Shown here in pieces: positions 19,974-30,598 of a stretch of DNA of 64,000 bases; position 1 is the stretch's first letter, and each line of letters opens with the position of its first letter. Position numbers and translations under genes: made by a program. Origin of the DNA: an uncultured Clostridia bacterium (lineage in GTDB: Bacteria; Bacillota; Clostridia; TANB77; CAG-508). Under the pieces are notes generated by a model, which saw only the letters and a program-made list of their open reading frames with translations, did no database searches and had not been told where the DNA came from. Location: NCBI GenBank assembly GCA_944392105.1, contig CALXVM010000002.1:9026-73025 (forward strand), written 5' to 3'.

Positions 19974-21218
19974 TTATTTTGTTTTCCAAAAATCTTGATA
20001 TAATTTTCTTGCTGTCTCTGGACTATCAACACCTTCTGCATTTTTAACTGGTGCAAATTCTTCTTCTCTTTTTACTCTCATAATTACCATATCATCTAGG
20101 CTTTCAAATGCATCGAATAAAAATGCTTCAAATTTATATGCATTTGGTTCTGTTCCTTTTACTATTTCGCCTTTTTCATTCATATAAGTAGCTTTTTTAT
20201 GTGCACTATGGTATGGTAAATTCTTTTCGCTTATTTTTTCTATTTCTTTTATATTGAATAAGTTACATAAAATATGTGATTCTCCATATTTTAATTGACC
20301 ATTTTCGTCTGTTTCTTCTGCCATTTCTTTAGAAATTTCTGAATATTCTATAACACTTGGTCTACCATTTCTTTTACAAAATACTCCAACTTTTTCATGT
20401 GGTCCTGCTTTTACTACGCTCTTTCCTGCAGCTAAAATGCCTTTGCTTTCTGCTAAACCTATTAAGGTTGGGTCTACCATTTTTACTAAAACATTGTCAA
20501 CTCCACCTATAAATACCCATTCAATTCCACGGGCTTTCATGTCATAGATTACTCCGTCTTTTCTCATAGATGTAAAAATTCCTCCATGTCCATCTGCTGC
20601 TTGTTTTATCATTCCTTTTTCATCTAATAATACTTTTCCATCTTCTCCAACCATTGGTAATTCGCCTTGTTTGAAGAATTGAATATATCCTTTAGGATAT
20701 CCAAAATAATTATTTTTCTCAAAGAAATCTACTGTATCTTTATTGTTTTCTTTGCTTGTCATTATATACCAAGGTATTACTACACCATATTTTTCGTTTG
20801 CTAATTTTAATGTCTCACACAATAACTCAAAAATTGGTTTATGTGATTCTAGTCCTATATCAAAAGTTCCTTTAGGGCCATTATGTCCTAGTCTTGTACC
20901 TTGACCTCCAGCCATAGTAACTGCTGCAAGTTTTCCAGCTTTTATGGCTTTAGTTCCTATTTCGTCATATTTTTCTCTTTCTTCTTTACTCATTTTGTCT
21001 TTTTCTACATAAGATATTGGTTCAATTTCTGCTTCTGAATATACTTGTTTAAAATTTCTCTTTTCGTACAATTTTTCAAGTTGATTAAAGTCAATTGTTA
21101 AAATATCATCTAATAACTTGTCCTTATCATTTTCTGATAATTTTTCATAATTAGCTAATAGTTGTTCTTGACCATGTTTTTCAAGTACAGCTTTTGCGGC
21201 TTCTAGTTTTTCTTTCAT
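19974..21218 (-). CDS. UDP-sugar / UDP-N-acetylhexosamine pyrophosphorylase (UDPGP family)
   Basis: MAGGQGTRLGHNGPKG nucleotide-binding loop, eukaryote-type UDPGP fold, adjacent to pgm. Confidence 0.8.
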   Translation of the reverse strand: MKEKLEAAKAVLEKHGQEQLLANYEKLSENDKDKLLDDILTIDFNQLEKLYEKRNFKQVYSEAEIEPISYVEKDKMSKEEREKYDEIGTKAIKAGKLAAVTMAGGQGTRLGHNGPKGTFDIGLESHKPIFELLCETLKLANEKYGVVIPWYIMTSKENNKDTVDFFEKNNYFGYPKGYIQFFKQGELPMVGEDGKVLLDEKGMIKQAADGHGGIFTSMRKDGVIYDMKARGIEWVFIGGVDNVLVKMVDPTLIGLAESKGILAAGKSVVKAGPHEKVGVFCKRNGRPSVIEYSEISKEMAEETDENGQLKYGESHILCNLFNIKEIEKISEKNLPYHSAHKKATYMNEKGEIVKGTEPNAYKFEAFLFDAFESLDDMVIMRVKREEEFAPVKNAEGVDSPETARKLYQDFWKTK

Positions 21219-21429
21219 TACTATTTCCTCCTGAAACTTTGATAAACAAAAATAGACTATATAAAATAGTCTACTTATCTAATATATACTATTTAAAGAA
21301 AATAGTCAACTATAATTTTTCTTTTACCTTATTTCCGTAGTATTCCACCTTTTTTCTTTTATTTAAAGCCCTTTTTATGTTACTTTGTAATTATCTAAAA
21401 AACGCTTTTACGGTTATTACTATTATTAA

Positions 21430-21957
21430 TTAAATTATTTTCTTTCCTTTTTCATACCCTTCAAATACATCTTGTTTTTCTCTTTCACCAGAAGTGTTAA
21501 GTATTTTATCATGTTCATCCAAAATTTCTGTTATATTATAATTAAATTCTGTAATTTCATAACAGTTTATAATTTTTATATTGCTTACACTTTTATTTTG
21601 TTCTGTCCATCTTTCTATATTTTTTCCTATGTTATCTATAAATTTTTTTGTGCCATTAACCATAATTGTTATATTTTTTTCTCCCTTACTTTCATTGTTT
21701 AATATATTTTTTAATTCTAAATATTTCTTGGTTTTTATTATGTTCCAATTTATATTTAATATTTGCTTAGAATTTTTTAAATTTAATTTTTTTACTAAAG
21801 TTTCAACCTTTTCTTTTATATTTTTTTCTAACAATGTAACTATTTTATTTTCTTTATTTATTTCTTCATTTAAATATGGAAGTATCATTGTAACTAAATG
21901 CCAGTCACTTACATAAAAACTACAAAGCTTAGTTGTTTTTCTATTAACCTTTTCCAT
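21430..21957 (-). CDS. hypothetical protein
   Basis: 175-aa ORF. A TAGACTA hairpin with a T-run lies downstream at about 21253..21280. Confidence 0.45.
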   Translation of the reverse strand: MEKVNRKTTKLCSFYVSDWHLVTMILPYLNEEINKENKIVTLLEKNIKEKVETLVKKLNLKNSKQILNINWNIIKTKKYLELKNILNNESKGEKNITIMVNGTKKFIDNIGKNIERWTEQNKSVSNIKIINCYEITEFNYNITEILDEHDKILNTSGEREKQDVFEGYEKGKKII

Positions 21958-22268
21958 TCTTTAAATCCCCCTAAATAATTATTTGTTACATGGTAAATTT
22001 TACCATTTTATTACAAATGTGTCAAGAATATTACAGGACAATCGCATACTTTATTTCGACAGAAAAAAATTTACCATGTTTGTATATTTTTTTTATTTTA
22101 GTCAATAATTTTAATAAATAACTTTTATTTATTTACGAGGATTATTTTTATAAAAATTGATTTTATATACACATTTAAAAAAAGTTGTTTAAAATATAAA
22201 AGAAAGAATATGTTTACAAAATTTAATGTTAAATAAATTTATATAAACATATATGGGGACAAGATTTT

Positions 22269-22931
22269 ATGAAAAAATTTATAACTATTATTAAATTTCC
22301 TGCTCTAAAACGTTTTATTATAGTACTATTTTTACTAACTTTATTTATATTTGTTTCGGCTATTTCATATGTAAGTGCTGTTTCTAATAACATTGCAAAT
22401 AGTGTGTTTAGGCTTCATGTAATAGCTAACAGTGACAGCAAAGAAGATCAAAATTTAAAATATATTGTACGTGACAAATTAATAGAATATATGAACAATA
22501 TAGCTAAAGATTGTTCTAGTAAAGAAGAAGTTATTTCTATAGCTGAGGATAATATTTCTAACTTTGAAAATATAGCTAGAAAAACAATAGAAGAAAATGG
22601 CTATAATTATAATGTAACTTTAGAAATCGGAAACTTTGATTTTCCTACCAAAAGTTATGGAGATATAACTTTACCTGCTGGCAGTTATGACTCTTTAAGG
22701 GTAAAAATAGGTAAAGCAGAAGGTCAAAATTGGTGGTGTGTAATGTTTCCTCCTTTATGTTTTGTGGATGTAACATCCGGTGTTGTTCCAGATGAATCTA
22801 AACAAGAAATGAAAAACTCTATGCCTGAGGAAGAATACAGTTTAATTAGCAAAACAGATAATTCCGAAATTAACTTTAAATTTAAGTTAATAGAATTTTT
22901 TGAAAACATAAAATTAATGGCTAAAAAATAG
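22269..22931 (+). CDS. spoIIR: stage II sporulation protein R
   Basis: FRLHVIANSDSKEDQNLKYIVRDKL signature after an N-terminal TM or signal segment. Confidence 0.85.
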   Translation: MKKFITIIKFPALKRFIIVLFLLTLFIFVSAISYVSAVSNNIANSVFRLHVIANSDSKEDQNLKYIVRDKLIEYMNNIAKDCSSKEEVISIAEDNISNFENIARKTIEENGYNYNVTLEIGNFDFPTKSYGDITLPAGSYDSLRVKIGKAEGQNWWCVMFPPLCFVDVTSGVVPDESKQEMKNSMPEEEYSLISKTDNSEINFKFKLIEFFENIKLMAKK

Positions 22932-23017
22932 TCTTGTAAATTATAATATTTTATGTTATATATTAAGAGTAGAATACTGTGTATTCTATTTTTAATTTGA
23001 CCAATGGGGGAATTATT

Positions 23018-24277
23018 TTGGATAAATTAGTTATAAACGGACCAACTAGATTAAAAGGCGAGGTTAATATTAGTGGAGCAAAAAATGCAGCAGTTGCAAT
23101 TCTTCCAGCTACATTATTAATAAATGGTGTTTGTACTATTGATAATATGCCAAATATTAGCGATGTAAAAATATATTGCAATATTCTAGAAGAATTGGGT
23201 GCTAAAATTACATGGACAGGCAAAAATGAAATACAAGTAGATACAAGAAATATTAGTTGTAAGAATGTACCTATAGATATGACTAGCAAGTTTAGAGCTT
23301 CATATTATTTGCTTGGCTCTTTACTTGGAAGATGTGGCTCTGCCGAAGTTGGAGTTCCTGGAGGATGTAAACTTGGAGCAAGACCTATAGACCAACATAT
23401 AAAAGGTTTTGAAGCATTAGGAGCTAAAGTAGATGTAACAGGTGGAAAAATTGTTGCAAAAGCAAAAAAATTAACTGGAAACCATATTTATATGGATATA
23501 GTTTCTGTTGGTGCTACTATAAATGTAATGCTTGCAAGCGTTTTAGCTGAAGGCACTACAACAATTGATAATCCTGCAAAAGAACCACATATAGTAGATG
23601 TTGCTAACTTTTTAAATACTATGGGGGCTGATATTCGTGGTGCAGGTACAGATGTTATAAAAATAAATGGTGTTAAGGAACTAAAAGGAAATATTACATA
23701 TTCTGTCGTTCCAGATCAAATAGAAGCTGGTACATTTATGCTTGCTGCTGTAGCTTCAAGAGGAGATATCTTAATAAAAAATTGCGTGGCTGAGCACCTT
23801 GATTCAGTTATAGCAAAAATAGTTGAAGTTGGTGCTAATGTTGAAGATTTGGGAGATTCTATACATGTATGGATGAATAAAAGACCTTCTAAGGCAATAA
23901 TTAAAACATTACCTTACCCTGGATTTCCAACAGATTTACAACCTCAAATGGGAGTATGTCTATCTTTAGCAGATGGTACAAGTATAATTAATGAAAGTAT
24001 ATGGGAATCTAGGTTCCAGTATACAGAAGAGTTGAATAAAATGGGGGCAAAAATAACTGCTCAAGGGAAATCTGCTATATTTGAAGGAGTAAAAAGTTTA
24101 ACAGGTGCTCCTGTATACATGACAGATTTAAGAGCTGGTGCAGCATTAATTATTGCTGGTATTTCAGCAAGTGGCACAACAGAAGTTTACAACCTAGACC
24201 ATATTGACAGAGGTTATGAAAATATAGAAGAAAAGTTTAGAAAACTTGGAGCAAAGATTCAAAGAGTAACAGAATAA
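23018..24277 (+). CDS. murA: UDP-N-acetylglucosamine 1-carboxyvinyltransferase
   Basis: LVINGPTRLKGEVNISGAKNAAV. A TTG at 23018 after GGGGGA is the likelier start; the ORF track starts at 22979. Confidence 0.9.
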   Translation: MDKLVINGPTRLKGEVNISGAKNAAVAILPATLLINGVCTIDNMPNISDVKIYCNILEELGAKITWTGKNEIQVDTRNISCKNVPIDMTSKFRASYYLLGSLLGRCGSAEVGVPGGCKLGARPIDQHIKGFEALGAKVDVTGGKIVAKAKKLTGNHIYMDIVSVGATINVMLASVLAEGTTTIDNPAKEPHIVDVANFLNTMGADIRGAGTDVIKINGVKELKGNITYSVVPDQIEAGTFMLAAVASRGDILIKNCVAEHLDSVIAKIVEVGANVEDLGDSIHVWMNKRPSKAIIKTLPYPGFPTDLQPQMGVCLSLADGTSIINESIWESRFQYTEELNKMGAKITAQGKSAIFEGVKSLTGAPVYMTDLRAGAALIIAGISASGTTEVYNLDHIDRGYENIEEKFRKLGAKIQRVTE

Positions 24278-24314
24278 AAAATGACAAAGTAACAGAAGAA
24301 CAGAGGAATTTATT

Positions 24315-25109
24315 ATGTTTAAATTTTGTAGTTTATATAGTGGAAGCTCAGGCAACAGCTTATTTGTGGAAAATGACAATGCAAAAATATTAATAGATGC
24401 TGGTGAAAGTGCAAAAAAAATTGTAGAAGCCTTAAATAGTATAAACGTAGACATTAAAGACATAGATGCCATTTTAGTAACACATGAGCATAAAGATCAT
24501 GTCAAAGGTTTAGGGACACTTTCTCAAAAATATAATATTCCAGTTTATGCTAACAACGAAACTTGGGAAGCAATGCCTGATCAAAGTACTAAAATTAATG
24601 ATTCTAATAGAAATCAATTTATTGCTTATGAGGATTTTGCTATTAAAGATTTAATAATATCTCCGTTTAAAATACCTCATGATGCAGCAAATCCTTGTGG
24701 ATATAATATTTCTTTTAAAAATGAAAAAATTAGTATTGCTACTGATTTAGGTCATATAAGTGAGGATATATTATGCAAATTAGAAAAAAGTTCTTTTGTT
24801 TTATTAGAGTCAAATTATGAGCCTAAAATGCTAGATGTATCTCCATATCCTTATGTTTTAAAACAGAGAATTAAAGGGCCTAAAGGACATCTTTCTAATA
24901 AGGTCGCTGGAGAAACCATTTCTAATTTAATTAATTCTGGTTTAAAAACAGTAATGTTAGGACATTTAAGTAAAGAAAATAACTTCCCAGAACTTGCCTA
25001 TAAAACAGTGGTAGAAGAATTAATAGCTAATCATTTTGATGAAAATGCAATTAAATTAAGTGTTGCTAGTAGATATAAACCAGGACCTGTAATAGAAATA
25101 GCAAGTTAA
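24315..25109 (+). CDS. MBL-fold metallo-hydrolase (YycJ/WalJ-like)
   Basis: HEHKDH metal-binding motif; located upstream of rlmH. Confidence 0.8.
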   Translation: MFKFCSLYSGSSGNSLFVENDNAKILIDAGESAKKIVEALNSINVDIKDIDAILVTHEHKDHVKGLGTLSQKYNIPVYANNETWEAMPDQSTKINDSNRNQFIAYEDFAIKDLIISPFKIPHDAANPCGYNISFKNEKISIATDLGHISEDILCKLEKSSFVLLESNYEPKMLDVSPYPYVLKQRIKGPKGHLSNKVAGETISNLINSGLKTVMLGHLSKENNFPELAYKTVVEELIANHFDENAIKLSVASRYKPGPVIEIAS

Positions 25110-25119
25110 GGAGTTATAA

Positions 25120-25602
25120 ATGTTACATATTAATATTATTTGTATAGGTAAATTAAAAGAACAGTATTTAAAAGATGCTTTAAATGAATATTCTAAAAGA
25201 CTTTCTAAATATTGTTCTTTAAAAATGATAGAACTTCCAGATGAAAAATTGCCCGACATATTAAATGAAAACATTATAAATAAAATTAAAAATATTGAAA
25301 GTGATAATATCTTGTCACATATAAAATCCGACTCTTATACAATAGCCTTAGATTTACATGGTAAGCAATTTTCATCTGAGGAATTTTCTTCAAAGATAGA
25401 AGATATTGCTTTAAATAAAAATAGTAATATTAATTTTATTATTGGTGGAACTTTAGGCTTGTCTGACAAATTATTAAAGCAATCCTCTGAGTTAATTTGC
25501 TTTTCTAAAATGACATTTCCCCATCAATTAATAAGAATTTTTTTACTAGAACAATTATTTAGAGCCTTTAAAATTCTATCTAACGAAAAGTACCATCATT
25601 AA
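25120..25602 (+). CDS. rlmH: 23S rRNA (pseudouridine1915-N3)-methyltransferase
   Basis: SPOUT fold, 160 aa, FIIGG..G C-terminal motif. Confidence 0.9.
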   Translation: MLHINIICIGKLKEQYLKDALNEYSKRLSKYCSLKMIELPDEKLPDILNENIINKIKNIESDNILSHIKSDSYTIALDLHGKQFSSEEFSSKIEDIALNKNSNINFIIGGTLGLSDKLLKQSSELICFSKMTFPHQLIRIFLLEQLFRAFKILSNEKYHH

Positions 25603-25609
25603 TTTATAT

Positions 25610-25769
25610 TTGATTGTAGCAGAAATATAATACTCTCCTTTCTAAAAAACTTTCCTATATATCGGGGGCTAGGAACGAATAAGCAATAACTAAAGCTAAC
25701 CCAATTAGTTATTAATTATTTTGTTTTCGGGGTTACAAATTGAAAGACTGAAATTTTTTCTGCTACAAT
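25610..25769. other. 160-nt element closed by perfect 13-nt terminal inverted repeats (structured RNA or MITE candidate)
   Basis: ATTGTAGCAGAAA (25610..25622) and TTTCTGCTACAAT (25757..25769). The interior is unusually G/C-rich for this genome (CGGGGGCTAGG, TTCGGGGTTAC) with an inner ATAACTAA/TTAGTTAT stem. Confidence 0.4.
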
Positions 25770-25973
25770 AGTAAAAACAAATTGTATTAATTATTATCAA
25801 TTATTCTGAAATTTTTTTTAGAATCTTATAAGCCAATATTTTTTCTAATATTTTCTTGACAATAAAAAAAATTGAAATAAATAAAATGAATTTAATTAAC
25901 ATTGTTACCTCTTTAGAATTAAATTTTACATTTATTATATTACTCCCCTTTTCTACATATGTCAACAAAAACT

Positions 25974-26501
25974 CTACGACAAAATTCGCCATATTACGAC
26001 AGATGCAATAATTCCAGCTAAATCTGCCAATAGTGCAGCTAGTAAAACAAATCTTGTTTTCTTTATTCCTACACATCCTGTATATATTGCTATTGTATAT
26101 AGTGTAGTCTCTGTAGATCCCATAATTGTGGATGTAACTAACCCTATAAAAGTATCTGTTCCATATTTTTGCATAATATCCACAGCCACACCTATAGAGG
26201 CACTTCCAGAAATTGGCCTTAAGAGTGCAAGTGGCATTATTTCGCTAGGAATTTTTAAAAAATTAGTTAAAGGTGAAATAACATTTATAATTAAGTCTAA
26301 TATACCTGAATTTCTTAATGCTCCTACTGCAACAAAGATTCCTATTAATGTAGGAATTAATTGAAATACTATTTTTATGCCATCTTTTGCACCTTTTAAA
26401 AATATATCATATACCTTTTTTCTTTCTATAACACCATATAATATTATAATGGCAATAATAATAGGAATTGCAGCTGTAGAAAAATAATTAATTATTTTCA
26501 T
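25974..26501 (-). CDS. spmB: spore maturation protein B (nucleoside-recognition domain membrane protein)
   Basis: 175-aa polytopic protein downstream of spmA. Confidence 0.8.
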   Translation of the reverse strand: MKIINYFSTAAIPIIIAIIILYGVIERKKVYDIFLKGAKDGIKIVFQLIPTLIGIFVAVGALRNSGILDLIINVISPLTNFLKIPSEIMPLALLRPISGSASIGVAVDIMQKYGTDTFIGLVTSTIMGSTETTLYTIAIYTGCVGIKKTRFVLLAALLADLAGIIASVVIWRILS

Positions 26502-26625
26502 TATTCACATTTAATCCAATAAAAAATATTTTATAATAAGTTTGGATTATTCTCCCTTCTTATTTTTATTATTTTCGTTTTTTTGTTTTTAATATCTTTT
26601 ATTAATTTAATTAATATTTATATTT

Positions 26626-27210
26626 CTACCTTTTATTTTTTGAAATATTAATTAACATTTTTGTAGCAAAAATTCCAACAATAGCTGCAATTATAGTAGC
26701 TATCCAAACCGGAAATATTATTTCACTTGGAGAGTTTGAACCGAGCGAGTTTCTTATAGCTATAACATTTGTTGGTATTAATTGCAATGACGCTGTATTT
26801 AACACTATAAACATAACCATATAATTACTTAAAGTATCTTTTTTTTCGTTCTCTTCTTGCAAAGTTTGCATTGCCTTCAAACCTAACGGTGTAGCCGCAT
26901 TTCCTAATCCTAAAAAGTTTGCTACTATATTCATTGTTATTTCTGCTTTTGCCTTATTGTTATTTAATTTTGGAAATAAAAATTTTATTAATGGATTAAA
27001 TAATTTGCATAAATTATCTACAAATGAAGTATTTCTTGCTATCTCCATAATTCCATTCCACAAACACATAGTTCCTAAAAAAGTTAAAGATAAATTAACT
27101 ACATCTTCTAAAGACTTAAATATGCCATTGCTTATATTCTCTATATTCCCGGAAATAAGTGCATATGCTACTGATAATAAAATAAATAAAGGCCATATTA
27201 CATTTAACAT
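26626..27210 (-). CDS. spmA: spore maturation protein A
   Basis: 194-aa polytopic protein paired with spmB. Confidence 0.8.
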   Translation of the reverse strand: MLNVIWPLFILLSVAYALISGNIENISNGIFKSLEDVVNLSLTFLGTMCLWNGIMEIARNTSFVDNLCKLFNPLIKFLFPKLNNNKAKAEITMNIVANFLGLGNAATPLGLKAMQTLQEENEKKDTLSNYMVMFIVLNTASLQLIPTNVIAIRNSLGSNSPSEIIFPVWIATIIAAIVGIFATKMLINISKNKR

Positions 27211-27360
27211 ATTTTTTACTCCTTAAGAAATAATATTCACTATAAAAATTTTTATTCTTTTACTTATAAGTTAATGTTTGTTAATTGTGTTATTTGGCTA
27301 TATTACTAGCTTTTTATTATATTTTTACATATTTATACTGTTAAAAATTTCAAGTTTTGC

Positions 27361-27389
27361 TTGCAATTTTGTGTAAATTGTGCTATTAT
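27361..27389 (+). promoter_or_regulatory. sigma-A type promoter of abrB
   Basis: TTGCAA (27361..27366), 17-nt spacer, TATTAT (27384..27389). Confidence 0.55.
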
Positions 27390-27404
27390 AGTTATAGATT
27401 TTTT

Positions 27405-27421
27405 TGTCGAAAAATGTTGAA
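27405..27421 (+). promoter_or_regulatory. tandem Spo0A (0A) boxes downstream of the abrB promoter
   Basis: TGTCGAA (27405..27411) and TGTTGAA (27415..27421). This is the same arrangement as the classical abrB operator. Confidence 0.65.
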
Positions 27422-27437
27422 ATAAGGAGGAATAGTA

Positions 27438-27692
27438 ATGAAATCTACAGGAATTGTTAGAAGAGTAGATGAACTAGGCAGAGTCGTAATACCAATTGAA
27501 TTAAGAAATAAATTTGGGATTGCAGAAAAGGATCCTATAGAAATATATGTTGATGGTTCTTCTATTATATTAAAAAAGTATGAACCAAATTGTGTATTCT
27601 GTGGAAGCTCAAAAAAACTAATGGATTACAAAGGAAAATTAATCTGTAGCAAATGTGCAAAACAAATTGCTGATATGGATACAAATGAATAG
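27438..27692 (+). CDS. abrB: transition-state regulator AbrB
   Basis: MKSTGIVRRVDELGRVVIPIELR SpoVT/AbrB swapped-hairpin domain. Confidence 0.9.
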   Translation: MKSTGIVRRVDELGRVVIPIELRNKFGIAEKDPIEIYVDGSSIILKKYEPNCVFCGSSKKLMDYKGKLICSKCAKQIADMDTNE

Positions 27693-27698
27693 AAATTG

Positions 27699-27740
27699 AG
27701 ACATGAATTAAAAAAGTTCATGTCTTTATTTTTTTATTTT
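27699..27740 (+). terminator. rho-independent terminator of abrB
   Basis: AGACATGAA / TTCATGTCT stem followed by TTATTTTTTT. Confidence 0.65.
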
Positions 27741-27814
27741 TATAAAATTCATATTAATAATTTATTTTTATGTATTTATAGCTCATAGTTTATAATTTAA
27801 TTTTACTTTTATTT

Positions 27815-28639
27815 TTACTTTCTATCTATAAAATATTGATATATTTCGTTTTTTGCAACTTTTTTATCTTTAGCTATTTTCTTTATTATTTCTCTTTTAT
27901 CTAGTCCTTGTTTTAAATACATTTCATACAATTCATCTACTGTTAAATTTGTTTCTTCTTTCTCTTTTATGTTACTATTTAAATCAAGCATTATTACAAA
28001 CTCGCCTTTTGGCTGTTCAAATTTTTCTATCATTGCTCTTAAAGTGCCTCTAGTACATTCCTCATGTATTTTTGTTAGTTCCCTTGCTATAACACAGTTT
28101 ATATCACCCAAAACACTATACAAATCCTCTAAAGTATTTTTTATTTTATGTGGAGCTTCATATAATATTACAGTTTTATTTTCTTTAGAAATTTCTTCTA
28201 GTTTCTCTTTTCTATTTTTCTTATTCATTGGTAAAAATCCATAAAAACAAAAAGATTTGGTATTTAATCCTGAAATTATTAGAGCATTTACAAAAGCGCA
28301 TGCACCTGGAATTGGAACAATTTTTACATTGTTTTTTATTGCTTCCTTTATTAGTTCCTCTCCAGGGTCTGAGATTCCTGGTGTTCCCGCATCACTAACT
28401 AAAGCAATATTTTTTCCATTTAATAATTCTTCTATTAATCTTTCTGACTTTACATCTTCATTGTGTCTATAATAACTAACCAATGGTTTAGAAATTTGAT
28501 AATGATTTAACAATTTTAAAGTCTGTCTTGTATCTTCAGCAGCAATTAAGTCGACATTTTTTAACGTCTCTACTGCTCTATACGTAATATCAGACAAATT
28601 TCCTATTGGTGTAGCAACTAAATATAATATTCCTTCCAT
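27815..28639 (-). CDS. rsmI: 16S rRNA (cytidine1402-2'-O)-methyltransferase
   Basis: GILYLVATPIGNLSDIT...AAEDTR signature. Confidence 0.9.
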   Translation of the reverse strand: MEGILYLVATPIGNLSDITYRAVETLKNVDLIAAEDTRQTLKLLNHYQISKPLVSYYRHNEDVKSERLIEELLNGKNIALVSDAGTPGISDPGEELIKEAIKNNVKIVPIPGACAFVNALIISGLNTKSFCFYGFLPMNKKNRKEKLEEISKENKTVILYEAPHKIKNTLEDLYSVLGDINCVIARELTKIHEECTRGTLRAMIEKFEQPKGEFVIMLDLNSNIKEKEETNLTVDELYEMYLKQGLDKREIIKKIAKDKKVAKNEIYQYFIDRK

Positions 28640-28662
28640 CTTATTTTCCTTTCTATAACCTT

Positions 28663-29400
28663 CTATAATTTATTATAAATTTTTAATATTTCTTTTGTAT
28701 AATCTCCATTTTCGTCATATATGTAAAGTGGTTTTTCTATTTTTAAAAATGGCTTAGCATTTTTTACTGCCTTAATTAAAACTAGTTTTGGAGCTTCTTT
28801 AACATTAGCAAAAACAAATTTTATCTTTTTGGGTTCTAATTTGCTTTTTCTAAGTTCAGCTAAAATATCAACTAATCTTTCTGTCCTATGTACCATATAC
28901 AAAGTGCCATTATCTTTTAATAAATTATAAGATATATTTAAAAAGTCACTTAAAGATGCTTCTATTTCATGTCTTGCAATTAACTTTTCTATATTCTCAT
29001 TTTTTATTCCAGTTCCGTTTTCTTTATATGGTGGATTTGTAATTACACAGTCAAAACTTTTTTTAGGAAATATATTTAACAAATTTTTAATATTTTCAGC
29101 TCTTATTTCCACTTTTTGTTCCATATTGTTTAAAACTACATTTCGTCTTGCCAACTCTGCTAACTTTTCTTGAACTTCTATTCCATATATTTTTGACAAA
29201 TTAGTTTTTGCACTTAAAAGAATTGCTAAAATTCCATTGCCTGTCCCTAAGTCGATACATCTAGCATTATCTTTTATTTCTTTAGCAAAATCTGTTAGTA
29301 ATATACTATCTATCCCAAAACAAAAATAATTTTTATTTTGAATTATTTTTATTCCTTTATACTCTAAGTCATCTATTCTCTCGCCTTCCATTAATTCCAT
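28663..29400 (-). CDS. SAM-dependent methyltransferase, tRNA1(Val) (adenine37-N6)-methyltransferase family
   Basis: DLGTGNG SAM motif and the NPPY catalytic motif (ITNPPYKE). Confidence 0.75.
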   Translation of the reverse strand: MELMEGERIDDLEYKGIKIIQNKNYFCFGIDSILLTDFAKEIKDNARCIDLGTGNGILAILLSAKTNLSKIYGIEVQEKLAELARRNVVLNNMEQKVEIRAENIKNLLNIFPKKSFDCVITNPPYKENGTGIKNENIEKLIARHEIEASLSDFLNISYNLLKDNGTLYMVHRTERLVDILAELRKSKLEPKKIKFVFANVKEAPKLVLIKAVKNAKPFLKIEKPLYIYDENGDYTKEILKIYNKL

Positions 29401-29820
29401 AAATACCTCTTATTATTCACATTAAATTTTTAATATACATATTATATATAAAATTACTTTATAAATCAAATTTTAATATCTATACAATAATATTTTTGAA
29501 AGGAGTATATGATTATTTAATAAATCAAATAATCATGCAATCTGTTATGGATAATAAAAAATGTTGTAAAAAAGAAAAATTTAACTTAAAACACAAAAAA
29601 GAGAACGTAGTTTGTTCCCTTTTTGAAATAGAAGATTTTTTGTGTAAATTAAAAAAAATATGCAACGGTATAAAATTATACAAAATATTAAAGTAATCAA
29701 ATTTTATTTTAAATAATTAAATTTTTAAATATTCAATTATTTAATTGTTTAATATTACTCCTTTATTTATTTTTTTATTAATTCAACATCATCATTAATA
29801 CTAAAAAAACTAATTAATTC

Positions 29821-30372
29821 CTAATTTTCGGTTTTTACAAACGGATTTGTAAACTTAATTTTTCCATCTTTAAATTCCCCATCCTCTTTTCCGTCAATTA
29901 ATATTTTTACCCCATTTACTTCTGTTAGCTCTGTTAATGTATTTACAATTGAATAAATAGTCGTAGACTCTTCTTTTTCTCCTCCCACATGATTATCTAC
30001 AAATTCTTTTGATAAATCCAAGTATACTATATCATTTTTTAATTCTGCTTTATTTACTTTTGTATCTTTTGGAATAGCACTTTCCAACTTGTCATTTTTA
30101 GGTTGCTCTATTAATAATTCTACTAGTTTTTTATATGGTTCATTTAATAATTCTTTTGAATCAATAATCCTTCCTTCTGGCATTAATTCTCCTGTTTCTT
30201 TATTTTTATAATATAAAGATACTATGGTTTGCCTCATTTGTTCACTAGAAATTTCCTCCTCTGGTTGATAATCCTCTACAGTCGCATTTTTCTCTTTAAA
30301 ATAAAAATACAGCATCACTCCTATAATAATTAAAATAACTAAAACTAATATTATAATTAATTTTTTCTTCAT
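29821..30372 (-). CDS. GerMN-domain protein (GerM-like sporulation/germination lipoprotein)
   Basis: N-terminal TM or signal segment followed by a GerMN-type domain (...IVYLDLSKEF...SIVNTLTE...V.ILIDG). Confidence 0.65.
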   Translation of the reverse strand: MKKKLIIILVLVILIIIGVMLYFYFKEKNATVEDYQPEEEISSEQMRQTIVSLYYKNKETGELMPEGRIIDSKELLNEPYKKLVELLIEQPKNDKLESAIPKDTKVNKAELKNDIVYLDLSKEFVDNHVGGEKEESTTIYSIVNTLTELTEVNGVKILIDGKEDGEFKDGKIKFTNPFVKTEN

Positions 30373-30598
30373 ATTTTCTCTCCCTCCGCAATTTTTACAT
30401 TATCATATTTTTTTGTATAAATTTATTTTGTTGTTACATAACTATTATAGACAAGTAGTTTTTAGAACTTTTTATTGACATTTTTTAGAAATTGTTTTAA
30501 ATTATAAAATAACTTGTTAAAATCAAAATCAATTTAAAAAAAATAATTTCATAACTACAAGTAACTTTAAAATATAGCTAGAAAGGAATTGATTTATT

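Noticed and set aside
25801-26076. 91-aa ORF overlapping the 3' end of spmB.
   Set aside because: It overlaps spmB by about 100 nt in another frame, has no RBS, and has odd Cys/Asn-rich composition.
29496-29696. 66-aa Cys-rich small ORF in the 420-nt gap between the methyltransferase and the gerM-like gene.
   Set aside because: It has a TTG start without an RBS, and the AAAGGAG nearby serves only a 3-codon ATG frame. I left it uncalled, though a small protein cannot be excluded.
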